Source of the DNA: an uncultured Bacteroidales bacterium
GTDB taxonomy: Bacteria > Bacteroidota > Bacteroidia > Bacteroidales > FEN-979
Direction: 5' to 3'
NCBI GenBank assembly: GCA_903887775.1
Contig: CAISRB010000008.1
Span: 16,629 to 80,628, forward strand
DNA: 64,000 nt
Shown here one piece after another: positions 53,401-60,868 of this stretch. The notes under the pieces were generated by a model. It was not told where the DNA came from and searched no databases. It saw only the letters and a list, made by a program, of their open reading frames with translations. Every line of letters begins with the position of its first letter. The stretch's first letter is position 1. Both the position numbers and the translations under genes were made by a program.

Positions 53401-53412
53401 TACTAAATTATT

Positions 53413-54609
53413 ATGAAAATCATCGAAGTAACCGACAAAAAGTCCCGTCTTGCCTTTCTTGACATGGTGGAAACTGTTTACCGGGGTGATACGAATTTTG
53501 TTAGAACACTTGACCAGGAAATTGAGCTGGTTTTTAATCCTTCCACAAACAGCTTTTTTACCCATGGAGAAGCCACCCGATGGATACTGGAGGATGAAAA
53601 CGGCAAGGTAATCGGCAGGGTTGCTGCCTTTATTAATAAGCGAAAAGCTTTTTCTTTCCAGCAGCCGACCGGGGGCATGGGCTTTTTCGAAGTGGTAAAT
53701 AATAAGGAAGCTGCTTTTCTGCTGTTCGATACCTGCAGGGAATGGCTTACAGCCAGAAAAATGCAGGCTATGGACGGGCCTATCAACTTCGGTGAAAATG
53801 ATGTGAACTGGGGACTACTGGTTGAGGGGTTCATGCCACCGGGTATTGGGATGAATTACAATCCTCCGTATTATAAAGAGTTCTTTGAATCTTATGGGTT
53901 TAAATTTTATTTCGAGCAGATTTCTAACCACCTCGACCTGACGAAGAAATTTCCTGAACGATTCTGGAAAATTGCCGACTGGGCTATGAAGAAACCTGAG
54001 TTGACGTTCAGGCATTTTGAACCCTTGATGAGAGATAAGTTTATCAGGGATTTGAAAGAAGTTTATGATGATGCCTGGAAATTCCATGAGAATTATACAC
54101 CCATGGATGAGGCTACTCTTATTAAAGGGCTCGAAAAAGCAAAATCATTTCTTGACCCGGAACTCATCTGGTTTGCTTATTATGAAGATGAACCGGTTGC
54201 ATTTCTGGTACAATTCCCCGACGTGAACCAGATCATCAAACATCTTCACGGCAAGCTCCATTTTTTCAATAAGTTGAAATTTTTATGGCTGAAATACCGT
54301 AAAACCATCACCCGCACGAGAATTGTCATTATGGGAGTAAAGCCCAAATATCAAAGATTCGGGGTCGAATCGGGAATCTTTTATCATCTTAATGAAAAGA
54401 TGAAGAAGAAACCGCATATCACCGAACTGGAGCTGGGCTGGGTAGGAGACTTTAACCCGAAGATGAGAGCCCTGCATGAGTCGGTGGGAGCAGTCTTTGC
54501 GAAGAGGCATGTGACTTACCGCAAAATATTCAATGAGAACATTGATTTTCAACGTTCCACGATTATCCCTGTCGACACGAAGGAAAGGGTGGTTAAGGGC
54601 GGGCTGTAA
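53413..54609 (+). CDS. GNAT-like acyltransferase-family protein (398 aa), diverged third paralog
   Basis: IGRVAAFIN..GGMGFFE..MDGPINFGENDVNWGLLVEGF..NPPYY..GVKPKYQRFGVES shows the same architecture as 30009-31139 and 32159-33277. Confidence 0.45.
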   Translation: MKIIEVTDKKSRLAFLDMVETVYRGDTNFVRTLDQEIELVFNPSTNSFFTHGEATRWILEDENGKVIGRVAAFINKRKAFSFQQPTGGMGFFEVVNNKEAAFLLFDTCREWLTARKMQAMDGPINFGENDVNWGLLVEGFMPPGIGMNYNPPYYKEFFESYGFKFYFEQISNHLDLTKKFPERFWKIADWAMKKPELTFRHFEPLMRDKFIRDLKEVYDDAWKFHENYTPMDEATLIKGLEKAKSFLDPELIWFAYYEDEPVAFLVQFPDVNQIIKHLHGKLHFFNKLKFLWLKYRKTITRTRIVIMGVKPKYQRFGVESGIFYHLNEKMKKKPHITELELGWVGDFNPKMRALHESVGAVFAKRHVTYRKIFNENIDFQRSTIIPVDTKERVVKGGL

Positions 54610-54659
54610 GAAATTCATTAAATATTTTTAAAAAAATTGCAGATTTAATTGATTTAGTT

Positions 54660-54667
54660 TATTTTTG
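54660..54667 (+). promoter_or_regulatory. Candidate -7 promoter box TATTTTTG upstream of the T9SS cargo gene
   Basis: Matches TAnnTTTG, 62 nt upstream of the ATG at 54730. Confidence 0.3.
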
Positions 54668-54729
54668 TTATCCCAAAACGAAAAAAAATATAGTAACAAT
54701 CCTGAAATGTTAAACCTAAAATTCGAACA

Positions 54730-56802
54730 ATGAAGAAAGTTTTACTCTTAGGCGTGGCCCTCATCATAGGGCTGGCCGTAGTATCACAGGCTCAGATCAA
54801 AGGTAAGCATACCTGTGTCAAGGCCGTGAATAAAAGCAGCCTTACAATTGAGCCTGTTCCGAGCTTACAGGCATCACCTGTAATTTCTCCTCTTCCCAAT
54901 CACACAAAATCAACCAACATTGTAACAGTTCTTTCACTCGGCACTTCGGCCAACGGCCTTGGCTGGGGTTATGCAGGAGGCCAGAGAAAACACCTCTGGG
55001 CCGACAATGACCTGAAAGCAGTCGCTTTGACTCATCGCATGGGACCTGTAACCGCCACATCTCCTCCGAGTTTTACCGGATACCTGGCTATTGATCATGC
55101 TGCCAATTACGGAGCAACCGTGGCAGACTGGCGTACCAATTACCAGGTTTATGCAGCAACCCTGAATTTAACAGGTACTTATTATCTTGATGCAGCCCGT
55201 TATCCCCAGGGAGGTTTTTACAATCCTGCAGGAAACACTGATACCCTTAATACACACTTTGTTTACTTTGCAGCAAGTTTCTGCGATATTAATAATGTTG
55301 GTTCCAGCGCTCCCACCTGGGGCGGTTATGTTTATGGTACTTCACCCTGGGCCAGCCAGACCGACACCGTTGGGCATAAACATCTCAACTGGTACAGCCC
55401 TCCTCCGAAACGTGATATCCCTGCAGGATTCACCGTTTCACCATTGGGAAAAGTTTTTGCACTTGACCTTAATTATTCATATGGCAATGGCTATGATGGC
55501 AATCTTTATTTATCAACAGGTATCTGGAATGAGACGACTAAAGATTTCGAATATACCTTCAGCCTCCTTGAATGTCCTGATCCTTTTGGCGCCCAGCCTG
55601 CCGAAGAAAAAATTGCAGTTGACCCGACCGGAAACCATGTTTGGATTGGTGTCATAGGCAATAACGCAGGAGCAGTTCCCGTTTTTGACTCTGTCTATTA
55701 CCCGATATTCTACCATTCAGCTGATGGCGGAACCACATGGAGCGCCGGAATGCCTGTAACCCTTGATGGACCCGGCGGTATACCTGCTATCAAGAATTAT
55801 GTTTCCGATACAAGGCTTGCAACTGTTTATTCCCCTGATTCTCCTCCTTCAAGGGATGAGATCCCTTACACCTGTGCATTTGAAGGTGACCTCACTGTTG
55901 ATAAGTGGGGCAACCCACATATGGGTGTTGTTATTTGCATGCCAGGCAGCGGTTTTACGATCATCAATCCTGATGGCAGCAACTCGCCCAAATTCGACAG
56001 CACAGCCGCAGTATTTGATATTTTCTCAACCGACCAGGGCAATACATGGTGCGGACGTCTGATGGGTGTTGTGAAACATATGGTTGGAGGTTTCCCGGTC
56101 GGCACATATACTGAATACAACCGTTGCAATATGTCAAGGAATGCCACAGGAACCAAGGTATTTGTCACCTACAATGACACCTGGGTACCGGGAGCAACAG
56201 ATAACAGTTCCCCCGATATTTTTGCCCGTGGATGGGATCTGGTTTCCAATAAACTGACAAACTTCAACGGACATGATGCAGCTACAAATGTTACTGCCTT
56301 ATCAGATGTTAACTATTCTGCAGTTTGTGGTGACCAGGCAAACATTGCTTTCACAAAACCTGACGGCTCATCTCTCCTCGCGCTGGCTTGCGAAGGCTTA
56401 ACCGGTGGTACCCTTGACAACGCAGTGACTTATAAATACATCTCTGACTTCAGTTATCCGCAGAGCGCCTTTACTATTGATGCAAGCGGTCCGGCATGGG
56501 GCACTGATTGTGTTTCCCTCCCAACTGCTATCAATGACCCGGTTGCAGCTTCATCATTGACTGCTGTCATATATCCGAACCCGGTTAAGGGGATCACTTC
56601 TGTAAAAATTACTGTTCCTCAGAAAGGTTTGGTCACTATCCAGCTTACAAACCTCGTTGGCCAGACTGTGATGACAGTGACCAGGAACATTGAGAATACT
56701 GATACTTTTACCCTGGATGCATCTCAGCTTACTTCTGGTGTATATTTCTACACAGTAAAACAGGGCAGCCAGAAAGTTTCCGGAAAGATTATTGTTGAAT
56801 AA
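54730..56802 (+). CDS. Secreted BNR/Asp-box repeat protein with a T9SS type-A C-terminal sorting domain
   Basis: 690 aa with a signal peptide. Asp-boxes are SADGGTTW and STDQGNTW. The C-terminus IYPNPVKGITSVKITVP..GVYFYTVKQGSQKVSGKIIVE is the sorting domain. Confidence 0.75.
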   Translation: MKKVLLLGVALIIGLAVVSQAQIKGKHTCVKAVNKSSLTIEPVPSLQASPVISPLPNHTKSTNIVTVLSLGTSANGLGWGYAGGQRKHLWADNDLKAVALTHRMGPVTATSPPSFTGYLAIDHAANYGATVADWRTNYQVYAATLNLTGTYYLDAARYPQGGFYNPAGNTDTLNTHFVYFAASFCDINNVGSSAPTWGGYVYGTSPWASQTDTVGHKHLNWYSPPPKRDIPAGFTVSPLGKVFALDLNYSYGNGYDGNLYLSTGIWNETTKDFEYTFSLLECPDPFGAQPAEEKIAVDPTGNHVWIGVIGNNAGAVPVFDSVYYPIFYHSADGGTTWSAGMPVTLDGPGGIPAIKNYVSDTRLATVYSPDSPPSRDEIPYTCAFEGDLTVDKWGNPHMGVVICMPGSGFTIINPDGSNSPKFDSTAAVFDIFSTDQGNTWCGRLMGVVKHMVGGFPVGTYTEYNRCNMSRNATGTKVFVTYNDTWVPGATDNSSPDIFARGWDLVSNKLTNFNGHDAATNVTALSDVNYSAVCGDQANIAFTKPDGSSLLALACEGLTGGTLDNAVTYKYISDFSYPQSAFTIDASGPAWGTDCVSLPTAINDPVAASSLTAVIYPNPVKGITSVKITVPQKGLVTIQLTNLVGQTVMTVTRNIENTDTFTLDASQLTSGVYFYTVKQGSQKVSGKIIVE

Positions 56803-56820
56803 TTCTTACCTGATAAATCA

Positions 56821-56857
56821 AAAAAGAGGTTGCCCCCTTGGGCAGCCTCTTTTTTTA
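56821..56857 (+). terminator. Intrinsic terminator after the T9SS cargo gene
   Basis: An 11-bp stem AGAGGTTGCCC/GGGCAGCCTCT (one G.U pair) with loop CCTT, followed by TTTTTTT. Confidence 0.8.
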
Positions 56858-56868
56858 ATATCCAAACC

Positions 56869-57531
56869 ATGCTGCTCAAAAGGGAACTAACCCACCTTTT
56901 ACTCAAGGAAATCAGGCTGGAACTGAAACAAAGATACGTCCTGAATGGTATCCTGCTTTATCTTGTATCAACTGTTTTTGTTACCTATCTTGCTTTTACT
57001 GGGACCATTACAGCTGAAACCTGGAATTCCCTTTTCTGGATCATTCTGCTGTTTGTCGCTGTAAATGGGATATCAAAAAGTTTTGTACAGGAAAACCCGG
57101 CCCGACACCTTTATTATTATACCATTACAAGCCCGGAAGCTATCGTCCTCTCAAAAATCATCTATAATCTTTTACTGATGATGATATTATCCGTGCTTGC
57201 ACTTCTGTTCTTTGTTTTGTTCATGGGTAATATGATCATGAACCCCGGCTTGTTTGTCACGGCACTGATCCTGGGAAGCCTCGGACTCTCATCCGTACTT
57301 ACGATGATTGCTGCAATAGCTTCCCGTGCATCGAATAATTTTTCCCTGATGGCAATCCTTAGTTTCCCAATCGTATTACCGCTTTTAATGACGCTGATGA
57401 AGGTCTCGGGATCAGCCTTAACGACTTATTCATGGAGCGGCAATATCGCTTTGATTGTCATTCTGTTAATAATTAATGTGGCTGTAATTCTCCTCGCATT
57501 TCTCTTATTTCCGTACCTTTGGAGGGATTAA
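56869..57531 (+). CDS. ccmB: Heme exporter protein CcmB-like
   Basis: 220 aa with 6 predicted TM helices, located directly upstream of ccmC. The start is set at the ATG at 56869; the track ORF begins at a TTG inside the terminator. Confidence 0.65.
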   Translation: MLLKRELTHLLLKEIRLELKQRYVLNGILLYLVSTVFVTYLAFTGTITAETWNSLFWIILLFVAVNGISKSFVQENPARHLYYYTITSPEAIVLSKIIYNLLLMMILSVLALLFFVLFMGNMIMNPGLFVTALILGSLGLSSVLTMIAAIASRASNNFSLMAILSFPIVLPLLMTLMKVSGSALTTYSWSGNIALIVILLIINVAVILLAFLLFPYLWRD

Positions 57532-57539
57532 TAAAGAAA

Positions 57540-57590
57540 GCGAAAGGCGAGTAGCGAAAAGCGAAATGGCGCCATTTCGCTTTTTATTCT
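57540..57590 (+). terminator. GCGAAA heptamer array (x4) ending in a 13-bp perfect palindrome plus a T-tract
   Basis: gcgaaag gcgagta gcgaaaa gcgaaat. AAAGCGAAATGGC|GCCATTTCGCTTT spans 57558-57583 and is followed by TTTTATT. Confidence 0.6.
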
Positions 57591-57607
57591 TTAAATAAAA
57601 TCATAAA

Positions 57608-58276
57608 ATGCTCAAACAGTATTGGTGGAAACTCCTCAGCTTTTTGCTCCTGCTTTACGCGGTGACATACGGGTTTTATGTTTCCATCCCGGAAACCATG
57701 ATATTGCAGACCATGAGGAACCTGTTTTACCATGTCGGTATGTGGTTCGGTATGTTCACTATGCTTACCGTTTCCTTCATCTACAGCCTGAGGTACCTGA
57801 AAGGCTTTAGGGAAGAAAATGACCGGATAGCTATTGAGGCTGTGAATGTAGGACTGATGTTCGGTTTCCTCGGCATTTTTACAGGGATGGTATGGGCAAA
57901 TTTTACCTGGGGGGCTCCATGGGTAAAGGATCCTAAACTCAACGGAGCAGCCGTAGGCCTTGTAGTCTACCTGGCCTATATCATATTAAGGAGTTCTGTT
58001 GAAGACAGGCATAAACGGGCCAAGGTATCGGCCGTGTACAATATTTTCGCATTCGTGCTCTGGATTATATTCGTGATGATACTGCCCCGCCTGGCTGGCG
58101 ACAGCCTTCATCCTGCCACAGGCAATAATTCAAGCCCGGTTTTACCTATGCAGCTCGATCCTTCAATGCGTACCGTTTTTTACCCGGCCATGATAGGATG
58201 GATACTCCTCGGGACCTGGATTCTCCAGGTTCGTATCAGGGTGTCAAAACTGAAACAGAAACTTGAAGAATACTGA
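57608..58276 (+). CDS. ccmC: Heme exporter / cytochrome c assembly protein CcmC
   Basis: 222 aa. The Trp-rich motif is WANFTWGAPWVKDPKLNG (a WWD-like variant). The protein is multi-TM. Confidence 0.8.
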   Translation: MLKQYWWKLLSFLLLLYAVTYGFYVSIPETMILQTMRNLFYHVGMWFGMFTMLTVSFIYSLRYLKGFREENDRIAIEAVNVGLMFGFLGIFTGMVWANFTWGAPWVKDPKLNGAAVGLVVYLAYIILRSSVEDRHKRAKVSAVYNIFAFVLWIIFVMILPRLAGDSLHPATGNNSSPVLPMQLDPSMRTVFYPAMIGWILLGTWILQVRIRVSKLKQKLEEY

Positions 58277-58288
58277 TCGAAAAAAAAA

Positions 58289-58316
58289 GCGAGAAGCGAA
58301 AAGCGAAAAGCGAAAT
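58289..58316. repeat. (GCGAAAA)-type heptamer tandem array x4 without an inverted partner
   Basis: gcgagaa gcgaaaa gcgaaaa gcgaaat. Confidence 0.9.
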
Positions 58317-58357
58317 TATTTTTACCTGAAAAAATAGTACGTCGTACATTCATTATT

Positions 58358-58504
58358 ATGGAAACTTACGGAAAAATATTTGTGGTTGTTACGGTCCTGG
58401 CTGTAATACTTGTTGGGATATTCGTTTACCTGTTCTTTATTGACAGGAAGATCGGGAAACTCGAAAAAGAGATACAGGAGAAAGAAAACCAAATTAAACA
58501 ATGA
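58358..58504 (+). CDS. ccmD: CcmD-like small membrane protein (48 aa; below the ORF-track size cut-off)
   Basis: Manual translation gives METYGKIFVVVTVLAVILVGIFVYLFFIDRKIGKLEKEIQEKENQIKQ. It has a single TM helix. Its stop overlaps the ccmE start (ATGA), and it occupies the ccmD position between ccmC and ccmE. Confidence 0.55.
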   Translation: METYGKIFVVVTVLAVILVGIFVYLFFIDRKIGKLEKEIQEKENQIKQ

Positions 58505-58908
58505 AGACCATTCATATCATTATCATACTTGTTTTGGTGATCGCTATTGCTGTTGTGATCACCACGATCAGTGATTCCAGCACATATTCCGACTTTTCTG
58601 AAGCGGCAAAATCACCAGGCAGAGAGCTGCATATTATAGGGAAACTTGATATGACAAAACCACTGGAGTATGATGCCAGGAAGAATGCCAATCGTTTCAC
58701 ATTTTATATAATCGATGCGAAGGGAGTTGAAAAACAGGTAATTTATAACAATGCGAAGCCCCAGGATTTTGAAAAATCGGAGAAGGTTGTCGTTGTGGGT
58801 TCAATGCAGGGTGATGTTTTCATGGCGAAGTCATTGCTCCTGAAGTGCCCCTCAAAATATAACGATAAGAAAAGCCCCACCAAATTCGGGGAAAAGGCGT
58901 TCAATTAA
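58501..58908 (+). CDS. ccmE: Cytochrome c maturation heme chaperone CcmE, CxxxY variant
   Basis: 135 aa with an N-terminal TM anchor and an OB-fold-like body. The C-terminal LLLKCPSKY replaces the canonical HxxxY. Confidence 0.8.
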   Translation: MKTIHIIIILVLVIAIAVVITTISDSSTYSDFSEAAKSPGRELHIIGKLDMTKPLEYDARKNANRFTFYIIDAKGVEKQVIYNNAKPQDFEKSEKVVVVGSMQGDVFMAKSLLLKCPSKYNDKKSPTKFGEKAFN

Positions 58909-58914
58909 AAGAAT

Positions 58915-60825
58915 ATGCCATACCGGTCCCTCCGCCATTTTATCCAGCTCCTTGAATCCAGGGGTGAACTCATCCGCGTTAAGGAATATGTTTCCCCCCG
59001 GCTGGAAATCACAGAGATAGCCGACCGGGTTGTTAAAAATAACGGCAAAGCTTTATTGTTTGAAAACAACGGGACTGAATTTCCTGTCCTGATACTGGCC
59101 TTTGCCGGGGATGCAAGGATGAACCTGGCCCTGGGTCTTACGAACCTGGATGACGTTCAAACCATGATTGACGGCCTGGTGAATGATTTCATAGGCCCAA
59201 AGGCGAATTTCATGGATAAGCTCCGCCTGCTCCCCGTCTTACAGGAGATCTCGTCCTGGATGCCAAAGACCCTTCATGGCCGCGGTGCCTGCCAGGAGGT
59301 CATTATGGATACTCCCGACCTTACAAAGCTGCCCGTATTAACCTGCTGGCCTCATGATGGAGGGCCTTTCATCACCCTTCCCTGCGTACATACGAGGAAC
59401 CCCGAAAACAGGACCAGAAACCTGGGAATGTACAGGATGCAGGTATTCGGCCCTGATCTTACAGGTATGCATTGGCATATGCATAAAGGCTCTGCATGGC
59501 ATTATCAGCTGTACAAGAAGGCAGGCAAGCGAATGCCGGTCTCGGTAAGCCTTGGAGGAGATCCGGTATATACCTATGCTGCGACGGCGCCTTTGCCGGA
59601 GAACATTGATGAATACATGTTTGCAGGGTTCCTGAGAAAGAAAAAAGTGGAACTTGTAAGATGCCTTACGAATGATCTTGAAGTGCCCTCTGATGCTGAT
59701 TTCGTTATCGAAGGATATATTGATCCCGGGGAAGATCTAATACTGGAAGGCCCTTTCGGGGACCATACCGGATTTTATTCACTGGCTGAAATGTTTCCCC
59801 GTTTTCATGTTACCTGCATTACACACAGGAAGGATGCGGTTTATCCTGCAACTGTCGTAGGCATCCCGCCCCAGGAGGATGCCTGGATAGGGAAGGCGAC
59901 GGAAAAGATCTTCCTGGCACCGATAAAACTGTCGGTTGTGCCGGAACTTTCGAACATGCACATGCCTCCGGAAGGCGTTTTCCATAACATTGTGCTGGCT
60001 TCCATTCAAAAGCATTATCCCGGCCAGGCCATTAAAGTGATGAACTCATTATGGGGAGCCGGGCAGATGATGTTCAACAAAATTATGGCTGTGTTTGATA
60101 CGGATGCGGATCTGATGGATTATTTTCAGCTTACCCGCCTTATCAGTGAACATACAGATCCCCTGCAGGACGTTCATTTTATCCAGGGCCCTGTCGATAT
60201 TCTTGATCATTCAAGCAGGCAATACGGCTTTGGAAGCAAGATCGGTATTGATGCCACATCGAAGACCTCTGCTGAGAAAATTGATAATTCCGCAAGGGGC
60301 ATACCCTATGTTGATGAGAAGGGGATCATGAAGGAATTACCCGCGATCACATCCGCCAATACAGACCTTATTCAACAGGGAATATCCGCGGTGGTCTTTA
60401 TGGTTCATAAGACGAAGCCGGCAGAAATCAGGTCGGTTGCAAAACAGCTTAATGATCTTCAACTGATAAAGAATGTGAGTTTTGTAATTTTTGCGGGTTC
60501 CCTGCCCGATGTTAAAAATCTTTCAACCCTGAGTTGGGTTGTTGCCAATAACCTGGATCCAATGAGGGATTGTTTTTATACTGAGCGCCCCGATGGCAGC
60601 AAATACCCCGTACTGTTTATTGATGGTACGATGAAGAGTTTTGCATTCGATGGCTTTACCCGTGAATGGCCGAATGTGATCGTCATGGACGAGCTTACGA
60701 TCTCTGCAATTGATGATAAATGGGACTCCCTTGGCATCGGAAGTTTCATCCCTTCTCCTTCGATACAATTTAAATCACTGGTTATCAGTGATGGAGCTGT
60801 CGCCAGTGACAACAGGAAGGGATAA
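58915..60825 (+). CDS. UbiD-family (prenyl-FMN-dependent) decarboxylase, long form
   Basis: 636 aa. LRHFIQLLESRGELIRVKEYVSPRLEITEIADR.., GMYRMQV.., GGDP.., GPFGDHTG. Confidence 0.8.
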   Translation: MPYRSLRHFIQLLESRGELIRVKEYVSPRLEITEIADRVVKNNGKALLFENNGTEFPVLILAFAGDARMNLALGLTNLDDVQTMIDGLVNDFIGPKANFMDKLRLLPVLQEISSWMPKTLHGRGACQEVIMDTPDLTKLPVLTCWPHDGGPFITLPCVHTRNPENRTRNLGMYRMQVFGPDLTGMHWHMHKGSAWHYQLYKKAGKRMPVSVSLGGDPVYTYAATAPLPENIDEYMFAGFLRKKKVELVRCLTNDLEVPSDADFVIEGYIDPGEDLILEGPFGDHTGFYSLAEMFPRFHVTCITHRKDAVYPATVVGIPPQEDAWIGKATEKIFLAPIKLSVVPELSNMHMPPEGVFHNIVLASIQKHYPGQAIKVMNSLWGAGQMMFNKIMAVFDTDADLMDYFQLTRLISEHTDPLQDVHFIQGPVDILDHSSRQYGFGSKIGIDATSKTSAEKIDNSARGIPYVDEKGIMKELPAITSANTDLIQQGISAVVFMVHKTKPAEIRSVAKQLNDLQLIKNVSFVIFAGSLPDVKNLSTLSWVVANNLDPMRDCFYTERPDGSKYPVLFIDGTMKSFAFDGFTREWPNVIVMDELTISAIDDKWDSLGIGSFIPSPSIQFKSLVISDGAVASDNRKG

Positions 60826-60868
60826 CACAATTAATTTTAGTAATTTTGCCCTTTAAACCAACAAGTGG

